Shown here: positions 1 through 9,174 of the stretch, one piece after another
How the letters are laid out: each line of letters opens with the position of its first letter
How positions within the stretch are numbered: the stretch's first letter is position 1
Source of the DNA: Bdellovibrionota bacterium
GTDB taxonomy: Bacteria; Bdellovibrionota_C; UBA2361; OMIW01
Direction of reading: 5' to 3'
Length of the DNA stretch: 37,678 nucleotides
Assembly (NCBI GenBank): GCA_044345055.1
Contig: JBIJBT010000021.1
Span: forward strand, 1 to 37,678
The notes under the pieces: generated by a model
The model's input: only the letters and a program-made list of their open reading frames with translations
The model's database searches: none
Told to the model about the DNA's origin: nothing
Program-made: the position numbers and the translations under genes

Positions 1-2
1 TT

Positions 3-1388
3 ATCGTCGCGGAGGGTTCAACAAAAACCGCTGAATGGGAAGAGGCAGCGGAGGCTTGGAGAGCGATTGGTGGTGAGTTTTATCGGGTTGGACAATCGCA
101 AAATGCCGCCGAAGATAATCTTAGTTTGCCCGAAGATCGAGAGATCGACGCTGAATTTAAGGGTGCTACAATTGTTATTGATGCGCTCCTCGGTATCGGT
201 CAGAGAGGCTCTCCCCGCGGACCTATTGCGCGGCTTGTCGGGGCTATTAAGCGACGGAAGATGATGTTGGATTCACCTTTTCGGGTAGTTGCTGTTGATA
301 TTCCAACCGGTGTGTGTGCAGATTCGGGACGAGTATTTGATCCGTGGGTAACTGCTCACGAAACGATTTCTATCCAGGGGATAAAACGAGGATGCTTACT
401 CGCCCCTGCTTATCAGGTATGTGGTGCTCTTCGAGCGGTCGATGTCGGAATTAACGGCGTGCAGAAACCGCGTAGCACAGCAGTTGTGCCGCATGAAGAG
501 CGGGTGAAGATTCCATGGGCTCCGAACGCTCACAAGTTTGATCGAGGTCGCGTTGTTATAATTGGCGGCGAGATATCGATGCCCGGGGCTCCAGCGTTAG
601 TATCAGAGTCTGCCCTCCGTGTCGGGGCCGGATTAGTGGTACAGTGTTGGACCGCTGAGATGGACCAGTCATTAATTCGGCCCGAAATTATTCGAGCTGA
701 AATTGGTTCGGGAGGGCGGTTTGAGCTTCAACACTACGAGCGATTGATGGAGATTGTCTCAACTGCTTCGGCGGTGGTGATAGGCCCAGGAATCGGGCGG
801 GCAGAAGAGACGGGCAAGCTTATCATGTTGCTTCTTGCCTCAATGACTGAGCATCATCCGACAACCCCTATTATTATCGATGCAGACGCTCTTTCACTGA
901 TTGCTGAGGGTGAATTAACGGCTCGGTTTTTTGTCGAAAAAAAACGGTGGATTCTTACCCCTCATCACGGGGAAGCGGCCCGTTTGTTAGGAATAACGGC
1001 GCAAAAGGTAGTTGAGCACCCTTTTGTTGCTGCGCAAGATATCGCACGCCGATTTTTGTGCACGGTTGTTCTTAAAGGTGCAGGAACTATAATCGCGGAT
1101 GGCGAGAATTTTTGGGTAATTCCTCCCGCAGCGATCGGACTTGCAACGGCTGGAAGTGGTGATGTCTTGGCTGGGATTATCGGCGGATTATCCGCGCAAG
1201 CTCGTGCCAGGGAACAACGAGAAGAATCATTTCCACGGGCCTTGGAGCATATGGCGATTGAAGGTGTCATTATTCATGGGCTCGCGGCGCGCTCTCTTGG
1301 TGAACGTGGATTCATAGCGCACGATTTGGTGGAGGCGATAAGCGATGTTGTATGTCCCGTTGTAGATAGTCGCTATTATGCTCAATAA
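3..1388 (+). CDS. nnr: Bifunctional NAD(P)H-hydrate epimerase/dehydratase (YjeF/Nnr), 5'-truncated by window edge
   Basis: Frame is open from base 3. Epimerase motifs VIDALLGIG and VAVDIPTG; dehydratase motifs HKFDRG, IGPGIG, IIDADAL, LTPHHGEAARL, ATAGSGDVLAG. Followed by tsaE, the classic yjeF-yjeE order. Confidence 0.95.
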   Translation: MVAEGSTKTAEWEEAAEAWRAIGGEFYRVGQSQNAAEDNLSLPEDREIDAEFKGATIVIDALLGIGQRGSPRGPIARLVGAIKRRKMMLDSPFRVVAVDIPTGVCADSGRVFDPWVTAHETISIQGIKRGCLLAPAYQVCGALRAVDVGINGVQKPRSTAVVPHEERVKIPWAPNAHKFDRGRVVIIGGEISMPGAPALVSESALRVGAGLVVQCWTAEMDQSLIRPEIIRAEIGSGGRFELQHYERLMEIVSTASAVVIGPGIGRAEETGKLIMLLLASMTEHHPTTPIIIDADALSLIAEGELTARFFVEKKRWILTPHHGEAARLLGITAQKVVEHPFVAAQDIARRFLCTVVLKGAGTIIADGENFWVIPPAAIGLATAGSGDVLAGIIGGLSAQARAREQREESFPRALEHMAIEGVIIHGLAARSLGERGFIAHDLVEAISDVVCPVVDSRYYAQ

Positions 1389-1405
1389 GCATAATGTTGA
1401 GATCG

Positions 1406-1464
1406 GTGATAGCTTTTTTAGTGATAGCTTTTTTAGTGATAGCTTTTTTAGTGATAGCTTTTTA
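1406..1464 (+). repeat. Tandem repeat, 4 x 15 bp GTGATAGCTTTTTTA (last copy one T shorter)
   Basis: Copies at 1406, 1421, 1436 and 1451; the last A is the A of the tsaE ATG. Confidence 0.95.
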
Positions 1465-1961
1465 TGACTATTACTCCGATAGGTGAAGACGCGTTTTTTT
1501 GTGACGATGAGAATAGTGTTGCTCTGTTTGCAGAACTCTTCGCCCGAGTGGTTGCGGTTCCATCGACTATCGGGTTCTCAGGAGATCTCGGCGCAGGTAA
1601 AACAACCCTTATTCGCTCTCTGTGCGCGGCTCTTGGGAGCACAACTCCGGTCTCCTCGCCGACCTATGTTCTCTCATTTGAATATACTACCTCCACTGAG
1701 CAAAATATTGAGCACTGGGATCTATATCGGGTTTACGATCTAATCCCTGAGCTTCTTGAGCCACCCTCCCCGAGAACAATTAGGCTAATAGAGTGGCCAG
1801 AGCGAATGTCGTCCTGGGGAGATCCTCTAGATGTGATGGTAACTCTTACATTTGGAGAAACTGCTACAGAGCGCAGCATTGCGGTGTGGCCACCCTCTGT
1901 TGCAACGAGGGTGAGAGAGTTGGTATCCGCAGAATCGGCTCAGGAAGTTACGTCGAGGTGA
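1464..1961 (+). CDS. tsaE: tRNA threonylcarbamoyladenosine biosynthesis ATPase TsaE
   Basis: GDLGAGKTT Walker A, VSSPTY, HWDLYR and LIEWPER motifs. Confidence 0.95.
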   Translation: MTITPIGEDAFFCDDENSVALFAELFARVVAVPSTIGFSGDLGAGKTTLIRSLCAALGSTTPVSSPTYVLSFEYTTSTEQNIEHWDLYRVYDLIPELLEPPSPRTIRLIEWPERMSSWGDPLDVMVTLTFGETATERSIAVWPPSVATRVRELVSAESAQEVTSR

Positions 1962-1966
1962 TGATG

Positions 1967-2023
1967 TTGGATTAGGAGGAGCGAGGAACAAGTTTGTTGC
2001 TTATTCTCACTCCTCAAATCCAA
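1967..2023. terminator. Imperfect hairpin between convergent tsaE and protease genes, probable terminator
   Basis: TTGGATT..GAGGAGCGAGGAACAAG pairs imperfectly with CTTATTCTCACTCCTC..AATCCAA. Confidence 0.45.
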
Positions 2024-2048
2024 AACTTCTACTAGTCAGACTTTCCTT

Positions 2049-3194
2049 TTAGACAGCCCGATTTGCTCGCATAAGAAGGTTTATGCCGGCACCTAATTTC
2101 TGGACTGCTGCGGCTCGTGAGCGTTGTTTACTTGCGAGCTGAAAGCTGGAACCAGCTTTTGATATCATTCGCTTCACTTTTGACGGTGTACCCTCAGCAA
2201 GAAACGACACCTCGTCTCCTAGTGCAGCTGCTCGCTGACTGATAGCAGAGAGGGTTGTTAGCCGCATGATTTTCTTACCTGTCAGGTAGTGCCTACGGAG
2301 CTCTTTCTTCAGGGTGGCAACCTGTGATGGAGTGACGGAATCTTCCTGGTTACCTGAGCTATCCGGTTTGGTGTTGACTGGTGGCTCAGCAATTCTTTTT
2401 ATCCCCGGAAATCGGTTCAAAAACGCGATGCTTGAGGGGGAATTAAGATCCACAAATCCAGATGAAGCTACACTCTTTATGTAGCACGCACCGTTACTAT
2501 CAGTTAAGCTGCTGGAGTAGCTTGATATTCCTGCAATCGCTTCAGAGCCCGCGATATTCAAAGTAGCGGGACCTCCTGAATCTCCGCCACAGATAACCGA
2601 ATTTGATGGGTTGTAGGGAGCTTCAGCCACGCCGTTCCAAAGGCCTTCGATGATGAAGTTTGCGCTTTTCCCTCCGTTAATCAATACCTGCGGTGAATCC
2701 TCATACGAGGAGCTTTCGTGCGATCCATAGCCGTACACAGTTAGGTTGTCTCCAACTCGGAGTGGACGATTAGAAACGATAGGTTTTGGAAGTACCCGAA
2801 AAGGTGTTTCGCGCAAAATCATTATTCCTAAGTCGTATGCGGCTACCTCGGTTATCGGTCTACTATCGCTGAAGCCCGGGTGGGGTATAAATTCCACACC
2901 TTCGTAAAACGAGCCGCCAAGAGCAATTCCGCCCTCAACAACTTTAGAAACGCAGTGCGCAGCGGTGAGAATCTCTCGCGGTCCAACGAGAGTGCCGGTG
3001 CAACGTTTGACGCTATCGCCAGTTACAAGTACAGCTAATCCGACAGACGTTTGTTGGAGGTCCGAATAGGTGCCCCCAATCATTTTCTCAGTAGAGTACT
3101 CCGCCCGAGAAAGCGAAGGGACTGCCAGAGCGAATGAGAAAAGTGCCCCTCTAGCGAGGGAAGAGTAAATATTCCGTGGATTATTAAATTTCAT
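2049..3194 (-). CDS. Secreted trypsin-like (S1 family) serine protease with basic C-terminal extension
   Basis: Signal-peptide-like N-terminus; CTGTLV, LTAAHC (His), YDLGIM (Asp), ICGGDSGGP (Ser). RBS GGAGAGGT upstream. Confidence 0.92.
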   Translation of the reverse strand: MKFNNPRNIYSSLARGALFSFALAVPSLSRAEYSTEKMIGGTYSDLQQTSVGLAVLVTGDSVKRCTGTLVGPREILTAAHCVSKVVEGGIALGGSFYEGVEFIPHPGFSDSRPITEVAAYDLGIMILRETPFRVLPKPIVSNRPLRVGDNLTVYGYGSHESSSYEDSPQVLINGGKSANFIIEGLWNGVAEAPYNPSNSVICGGDSGGPATLNIAGSEAIAGISSYSSSLTDSNGACYIKSVASSGFVDLNSPSSIAFLNRFPGIKRIAEPPVNTKPDSSGNQEDSVTPSQVATLKKELRRHYLTGKKIMRLTTLSAISQRAAALGDEVSFLAEGTPSKVKRMISKAGSSFQLASKQRSRAAAVQKLGAGINLLMRANRAV

Positions 3195-3385
3195 CGATTA
3201 CCTCTCCGTACAACTGATTTAAGATTAAGAGCTAAGGTAAAGCTTTCATGGCCAGAGCTTCAGGGGGTAGGCTGATTTGCCCGGTAGTTACAGCTAAAAC
3301 CATTCAGTTTTTGGCTCTTTGCTTTTTGTTGTATGATTATCGTTCAGGGAGTAAAAAAGTTTCGTGAGGTAGGTTAAATTTTCCG

Positions 3386-3591
3386 GTAACTATTCAGCCC
3401 ACCTTTTTAAAGGAGTCATTTGAAAGACATAAAAAGCATGAAACGCAGTGGTGATTTGGGTGGCTCGACTCGCTCAACGCTCGTCGGCAGTTTTTTGCTG
3501 AATAGTTAGTTGTTTCCCCCCGGCGGGCTTTCGCCCACCACCCCTAAGGGGTTGTGGGAGGTTGTTGGGAATTATAGGGGTGAATAGTTAA
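3386..3591. mobile_element. MITE-like non-autonomous element with TIRs and 8-bp target-site duplication
   Basis: Left end GTAACTATTCAGCCC (3386-3400). Right end GGGGTGAATAGTTAA (3577-3591) is a 13/15 inverted match. ATTTTCCG flanks directly at 3378-3385 and 3592-3599. An internal extra end GCTGAATAGTTAG lies at 3497-3509. No ORF. Confidence 0.7.
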
Positions 3592-3697
3592 ATTTTCCGA
3601 AGATATTTTTTTTACTGGCAGGCGGTCGTCTACTCCACTTCATTGGAGTCGTGCGAAAGCATTTCTAAATCCCCGAGAGCTGAAAAATTTATCAGTC

Positions 3698-4252
3698 ATG
3701 AAGACCCACACTGACTCCACCCCACCTCTGCACCGCACTAAGCGGTTCTGGCGCAGCAGCCGCCCAATACATTTTTTTTGTTATATCTTCTGTGGGCTCT
3801 TGAGCTCTGGATGCGGGATTTTACGAGAAAAGAAAACTCCTGAGCCAGATCCAGCAATTGTGCAGGCCACCCAAAAACCTATGAGTCCCGACGCTGCATC
3901 CTCGGTTTTTTCTGAAATGGGGGAGAACTGGCTGTATGGTCCAGGTCTTGGTCAAACTGCGCTAAATGTTGGGGCGATGGTTGTGTTTCCTCCGTATGCG
4001 ATTTATGTGCTCGGTAATTCTGTGCTTTCGATGAGTGGGTATGAGCCGCTTTATGTGACCGATCTTTTGCCAGAAGGGGAGCGAGATGAGGTCAATCTCA
4101 TGTATGACGAGGTCACGACAGCGCCGGGGAGAGTTAGTGCGGCGCTTGCAGGTAAGGAGTTTCGGTCGAAGGAGGTCGCCTCAGAGCGGATGAAGGCGAT
4201 CGTTGCAGAGGGAGCGGCTGCGCCCGAGCGCGAAAAGCCGAGAGGAGGGTGA
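3698..4252 (+). CDS. Hypothetical protein, putative lipoprotein
   Basis: 184-aa ORF; basic N-region, hydrophobic stretch, lipobox-like LSSGC. No recognised family. Confidence 0.7.
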   Translation: MKTHTDSTPPLHRTKRFWRSSRPIHFFCYIFCGLLSSGCGILREKKTPEPDPAIVQATQKPMSPDAASSVFSEMGENWLYGPGLGQTALNVGAMVVFPPYAIYVLGNSVLSMSGYEPLYVTDLLPEGERDEVNLMYDEVTTAPGRVSAALAGKEFRSKEVASERMKAIVAEGAAAPEREKPRGG

Positions 4253-4315
4253 GGATAGGGACTCACACGAGCCGATTCTGAGAGAAAATTTCGAAGTTTC
4301 GGATCGAGAATTTCG

Positions 4316-4354
4316 TTGCGCTGAAAGATTGCACTGAAAGGTTGCATAGAAAGA
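4316..4354 (+). repeat. Imperfect tandem repeat, 3 x 13 bp TTGCRCTGAAAGR
   Basis: TTGCGCTGAAAGA / TTGCACTGAAAGG / TTGCATAGAAAGA upstream of nadK. Confidence 0.75.
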
Positions 4355-4437
4355 GAGTTCGCTGTAAGAGGTTACGATAGAGATTTTTACCCTTTTCAAA
4401 CAAAGGGATACCACAAGCAACCCAAAAAGGGATCGAT

Positions 4438-5322
4438 ATGACGGTGCTAGGACTAGCAGTTCGCCAGGGAACGCCGGAAGCGCATTCGCTTGGGGTGGCG
4501 GTGATTCGGTGGGCTCAGGAGCGGGAGCTTCCGGTTGTTATAGAACAGTTAGCGTTTGAGCGATATCGTTCGGCCGGACAGCTTCCTGAGGGGCCGGTGA
4601 GTGCAGTGGCGGTTACGGAACTCGCGGCTGAGGCTGATGTAATAGTTTCTTTAGGAGGAGATGGTACTCTAATCGGGGTGGCGAGATATGTCGGAGAGCG
4701 ATCGCCTGTGCTGATAGGAGTTAATTTCGGGACGCTTGGATTTCTCACTGAAATAGCTCCCGATGAGCTCTTTCCAACCCTCGATGCCTTCTTTCATCAG
4801 CGAGTGCCTTTCGGAACTCGGTCGATGCTGCATGTTGAGGTGCTTCGAGACAAAGAAGTTATTTTCTCCTCCCAAGCGGTCAATGATGCAGTGATTCAGA
4901 AGGAGACGCGGGCGCCCCTTATTTCGCTCGATCTTTGGGTCAACTCCGAGGCGGTAATGCGAGTGCGGGCCGATGGCCTTATTGTGGCCACCCCGACCGG
5001 TTCTACCGCCTATTCTCTAGCGGCGGGTGGCTCGATTGTGTATCCCTCTCTCGGAGTCTATCTTGTTACTCCGATATGCCCTCATTCACTGACTTGTCGG
5101 CCCCTTATCCTTCCTCTTAATGCGGAACTTGCTGTTACGGGACCAATTCACGAGGGGACGGTATCACTTAATATTGATGGTCAGGTGACCCAACCTCTTC
5201 AGCAGCACGATGTTGTTCGTGTCATTCGCTCAAAGCACGAGGTCAAATTTGTGCGATCTTCTCGTCGCTCCTACTTCGATATTTTGCGGGGCAAGCTCAA
5301 TTGGGGCCATGCCCCCGAGTAA
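4438..5322 (+). CDS. nadK: NAD kinase
   Basis: SLGGDGT, GVNFGTLGFL, ND, ADGLIVATPTGSTAYSLAAGG and TPICPHSL motifs. Confidence 0.97.
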   Translation: MTVLGLAVRQGTPEAHSLGVAVIRWAQERELPVVIEQLAFERYRSAGQLPEGPVSAVAVTELAAEADVIVSLGGDGTLIGVARYVGERSPVLIGVNFGTLGFLTEIAPDELFPTLDAFFHQRVPFGTRSMLHVEVLRDKEVIFSSQAVNDAVIQKETRAPLISLDLWVNSEAVMRVRADGLIVATPTGSTAYSLAAGGSIVYPSLGVYLVTPICPHSLTCRPLILPLNAELAVTGPIHEGTVSLNIDGQVTQPLQQHDVVRVIRSKHEVKFVRSSRRSYFDILRGKLNWGHAPE

Positions 5323-5330
5323 GGCATCAG

Positions 5331-6488
5331 TTAGTGGAGAGAAAGCGACTGCGCGTGGTCTCGGCGAAATGATTTCCGAGACCGAGATCCCATCTCCCTA
5401 TTTCTCTGTTCAGATGCATTCCCCATGACGAGGACCGCGAGCTCTAAAGCTACGCTCTTGACTGAGCGTGCTTGCGCGAGTAGTTCGGTGCTTGCCGAGG
5501 CGCACTGTTCTGCCGCTGTGGCTGTTGTTTGGGTCGTTGATTTTAGCTCCTCGGTGGTATTCGTTAAATGCCGAATCGTAGTTGCCTGTTCGGTTGCTGC
5601 CTGAGTGATCTCCTGAACAACCCCAGTTGCCTGTTCGGCGCTGGTGCGAATTCTTGAGAGTGCCGTCGCTGCGCTACTGGTAGTATCGACCCCCTGTACA
5701 GCCAGGTCTACTGAACGGCGAATTTTTTCACCTGTTTCTCGGGCCGCCGCCGCACTCCGTTGAGCTAAATTTCGGACCTCCTCGGCGACAACAGCAAACC
5801 CTTTTCCAGCATCACCCGCTCGGGCCGCTTCCACGGCAGCGTTTAAAGCCAAAAGATTGGTTTGGAAGGCTATTTCATCAATTATTTTCACAATTTCTGC
5901 GGTCTCATCAGATGATTGCTTTATCATCTGAATCGAATTCACCATTATTTGCATTGCATCCGAGCCCCGTGTCGAGTTTTCAGTCACCCCCGAAGAGAGC
6001 TGGGCTGCGGCGTAAGATTTCTGTGATGAAGCGGTCGCAGATGATGCTAGATCCGATATCGCGGTCGCGGCATGTCTCAATGATGCGGCCTGCTCTGTCG
6101 ATGTCTGTGCTAGCGACTGACTGCTCTGAGACACTTGGAGTGCCGCATCATTGAGTTGGTCCGCTGCTCCGCTCAGGAATTCAACCATATTACCGAGCTG
6201 TGCATTAATGCGTGAGTTGGTCAGGTATTGCACAAATGCCGTTAGCAGAGCACTCCCGATTATTGCTATCCATGCCCAGCTTTCCATGTGCTTACTTTTT
6301 TCTCGCAGTAAACGTACCTGATGAGTAAGGGCACCGTTGTCTTCACTGACGTTGACACTGACGGCGGCCTCCATTGCCTCAGCTATTTTGTTTATGTGAT
6401 TCGACTGGGTGAGATTATAGAAACCGACGGCGCAGAGGATTATCTGGATTAAGCCCATTGCAATCTGAATTCTTCGTTTTATCGTCAC
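5331..6488 (-). CDS. Methyl-accepting chemotaxis protein with very short periplasmic region
   Basis: Signalling hairpin [40 protein letters not shown] and two N-terminal TM helices. Start placed at GTG 6488 after RBS AAGGGGGAG; the ORF track start is 6548. Confidence 0.93.
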   Translation of the reverse strand: MTIKRRIQIAMGLIQIILCAVGFYNLTQSNHINKIAEAMEAAVSVNVSEDNGALTHQVRLLREKSKHMESWAWIAIIGSALLTAFVQYLTNSRINAQLGNMVEFLSGAADQLNDAALQVSQSSQSLAQTSTEQAASLRHAATAISDLASSATASSQKSYAAAQLSSGVTENSTRGSDAMQIMVNSIQMIKQSSDETAEIVKIIDEIAFQTNLLALNAAVEAARAGDAGKGFAVVAEEVRNLAQRSAAAARETGEKIRRSVDLAVQGVDTTSSAATALSRIRTSAEQATGVVQEITQAATEQATTIRHLTNTTEELKSTTQTTATAAEQCASASTELLAQARSVKSVALELAVLVMGNASEQRNREMGSRSRKSFRRDHAQSLSLH

Positions 6489-6793
6489 GGTCTCCCCCTT
6501 ATTCCATTTCATTCTCCGGCTATAAGACGCCCAGTTGCGATGGCGCATGGGCTAGCCGAAATCGGTAATACTGCGTTTTGTGATAGGTGTAGCTTTGGGC
6601 AGAAACCTTTGTGGCCCCTCCCATCATTTGATGCGTGGAAAACCTGTTGTGATTCAGGGTAAGGTTGGATGCCGGCCGGCTGGCTTTGTTGCATACGCGG
6701 TGGGGGGAATCTTCGGAGAAGGAATAGCGGGGGACGAGATTTAACTCACTAACCAAAACCTTTGCACGATTTTGTAACGCGATTATGTTTGAA

Positions 6794-8113
6794 TCAGATT
6801 CTGATCAAACAACACGCAAATGATCCAGTTGAACCGTGAAGATCGGGCCACAGCCGTATCGCTGACCCATTACAGACTAGCTCGCCAACCTGAAGTGGAG
6901 AGGGGATGGGGCTTAAATGGGCGACTCCTTCGTCAATTACTCGCGCAATCACCTCCTCATTCTCTGCTTTATCAATTGAACAGGTGCTATACACAACCAA
7001 TCCGCCGGGTTTTACTAGCTTTAGAGCGCTTCGGAGAAGCGACAGTTGTAGCGGGATAAGCTCAGATAGCTTTTCTTCTGTTTGATTCCAGCGGAGGTCT
7101 TTCTTCTTTCCGAGTGCGCCCAGTCCTGAGCATGGCGCATCAACAAGAACTCGATCGGCAGGGCGAGAAAGGGAAAAGGATCTTCCATCTGCTCCGATTG
7201 GGGAGACAGAAGATATACCTAATCTCTCACAGTTTGCCCTCAATGCGCACAGCTTGCGGGAGGAGGGATCGACAGCGATTACCGAAGCGGCATCCCGAGA
7301 TAGTTCGGCGATCATCGTTGTTTTACCCCCTGGAGCAGCGCATAGATCGACGATAAGTTCGCCAGGTTGAGGATTTAACAAAGGCACTACAGCGGTCGAT
7401 GCCTCATCCTGAACAAATATGAGTCCGCGCTCGAATGCAGAGAGCTCATGGAGCTTTTTATCTCCACTTCGGGTCGTCACGATTAGAGCGCCCCCGTAAA
7501 TTGTGGATTGGCGGGTTTCCCACCCTTCAGCAGCGAGAGAACGCTGCACCTCGGTGATTGTTGCTCGCAACGTATTCACACGAAAAGAGAGCGGAAGCGG
7601 CGCATCGAACGCAGCAAGCAAAGGCCGACACCGCTCCTCTCCCCACTGATTCGCAATTCGATCGTGGATCCAGTCAGGGACTTGTTCGGATGCTTCGGTA
7701 CCCTGCTCGGCGCTCTCTTTAGAGGACGCCGCTATCTTGCGCAATACCGCATTCACAAGCCGAGCTGTCCCCTCATGACCAAACTTCTTCGCGAGTGTAA
7801 CTGAGTCAGAAACTGCGCGAGAGCGAGATACATTATCAAGCTCAAGTAATTGATAGCTTCCGAGTCGAAGAATAGTTTGAATGCGGGTTGGTAACGAAGC
7901 CACTCCCTTAGTCACAACTAAATTCAAATGACGATCAAGAGTCGCTCGTTTTTCAAGTACACCTTTTACAAGCTGGTTGACGAAAGCGCATTCGCGGGCG
8001 GAGAGGGCGGCTCGCTGATGAAGTACCTGGAGCAATTTGTCGGAATATGCTCCCTCTGTTTCGACCTGGTGAAGAATCGAGAATGCGTGCTCGCGTGGAG
8101 AGGATGTTTTCAA
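6794..8113 (-). CDS. rsmB: 16S rRNA m5C967 methyltransferase RsmB/Sun
   Basis: N-terminal NusB-like domain; VQDEAS, DLCAAPGGKT, VLVDAPCSGLG and VYSTCS motifs. Confidence 0.95.
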   Translation of the reverse strand: MKTSSPREHAFSILHQVETEGAYSDKLLQVLHQRAALSARECAFVNQLVKGVLEKRATLDRHLNLVVTKGVASLPTRIQTILRLGSYQLLELDNVSRSRAVSDSVTLAKKFGHEGTARLVNAVLRKIAASSKESAEQGTEASEQVPDWIHDRIANQWGEERCRPLLAAFDAPLPLSFRVNTLRATITEVQRSLAAEGWETRQSTIYGGALIVTTRSGDKKLHELSAFERGLIFVQDEASTAVVPLLNPQPGELIVDLCAAPGGKTTMIAELSRDAASVIAVDPSSRKLCALRANCERLGISSVSPIGADGRSFSLSRPADRVLVDAPCSGLGALGKKKDLRWNQTEEKLSELIPLQLSLLRSALKLVKPGGLVVYSTCSIDKAENEEVIARVIDEGVAHLSPIPSPLQVGELVCNGSAIRLWPDLHGSTGSFACCLIRI

Positions 8114-8277
8114 GAGGGTGCCCTGTGAGATGGAAGGTCAACCAAAAAAGGACCGAATTATAAGATGTCGGAGCCCGATGGTACCCCGAAGTGACCTGCG
8201 GGGAAAGGTGCTCCACAGCCTCTGAGTGGGGGGAGCCCCGAAAGAGTTGCGAAGATACTGTTGGCCGCACAATTTAC

Positions 8278-8305
8278 TTTAGAGCTTTGGATTCTTAGCC
8301 GATCG
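8278..8305 (+). promoter_or_regulatory. Possible sigma28 (FliA)-like promoter
   Basis: TTTAG-N15-GCCGATCG upstream of the lipoprotein gene, with the same spacing as the sites at 12401 and 16452. Confidence 0.3.
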
Positions 8306-8423
8306 AATCGGTAGGAGAAAAGTGACCGCAGTAATAAATCTACTCGGGAATAAATCTACTCAGATTCTGATTGAGGATCCTTTTTCTCCGAAAATCCGCG
8401 GTGTTGTTCAGGAGGTACGCGCG

Positions 8424-8978
8424 ATGAAGAGGTGGTTTTGGTTCGGTTTGATATTTGTTTCTGTGCTTGGATGCGGCGTCTCCAGACCAAAAGAAGAGCG
8501 GATTCCGATAACATCCGAGCGGATCGCCGAATTGAAACAGCTCTGCTTATCAGCGGGCAAATTTACGGTGGAGGCACCCGAAGGGTGGCGCCCGATACCG
8601 TCTCCCCGTCGCGGTATGGTCGCGGTATCTTCGCCCCACTCTGATAACGATAGTATTCTCTACGCGCACGCCGTTGCAAAATCAAGTCAAGAATCGCTAG
8701 ATCAATTTATTGAGGCCGATATAGAATTGCTCAATCGAGAAAATCCATTTCTCGTCGCAGCAGAGAGCGATCCAGTTGCAGTGGCTAATGCTGGTGGCGC
8801 CGCAACGGTAAAATATCTGGAGGGAGACAGTTCGGGTTCCCGCTCTCTAGTTGCATATATCGATGAGGGAGTTTTTGTCGGAGTTATCGGATTGAGCTCT
8901 CGCCAACACGAAGCTATAGATCAGTCGATCGGCCTGTTCGAAAAGGTTGTTCAATCGTATCGGCCGTTGAGGGGGTAA
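8424..8978 (+). CDS. Hypothetical lipoprotein (possibly PsbP/DcrB-like fold)
   Basis: RBS AGGAGG before ATG 8424; MKRWFWFGLIFVSVLG-C lipoprotein signal. FTVEAPEGW near the N-terminus and FEKVVQSYR at the end resemble PsbP/DcrB-like proteins (inference). Confidence 0.75.
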   Translation: MKRWFWFGLIFVSVLGCGVSRPKEERIPITSERIAELKQLCLSAGKFTVEAPEGWRPIPSPRRGMVAVSSPHSDNDSILYAHAVAKSSQESLDQFIEADIELLNRENPFLVAAESDPVAVANAGGAATVKYLEGDSSGSRSLVAYIDEGVFVGVIGLSSRQHEAIDQSIGLFEKVVQSYRPLRG

Positions 8979-9174
8979 TCTTCTTGCGAAGCCAAGGGTT
9001 GCTGGACCGAGCAAAGAAAAACGCTTATGCTCCGCCCTAGCAGGGCATCAATTTTTTTCAACGCTCTGCTAAAGGGCAATTTGGTATCTGGTGTGACGAG
9101 CTCCGAAGAGGACTTGTGTTCGGTACTGAGGCCCTTCGAGGCCGACACCGTCACCTTTCTTCCGCGAGATACTT

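Noticed and set aside
6489..6793. c-di-GMP riboswitch or sigma54/sigma28 promoter upstream of the MCP
   Set aside because: No GEMM motif seen. The TTGCAC-N4-TTGTA look-alike lacks the invariant GG and GC and is on the wrong strand. The ACCGATTT box has no matching -35.
8114..8277. GC-rich stretch between rsmB and the lipoprotein as a possible ncRNA or riboswitch
   Set aside because: No diagnostic RNase P, SRP, tmRNA, tRNA or riboswitch motif recognised by eye; an Rfam scan would be needed.
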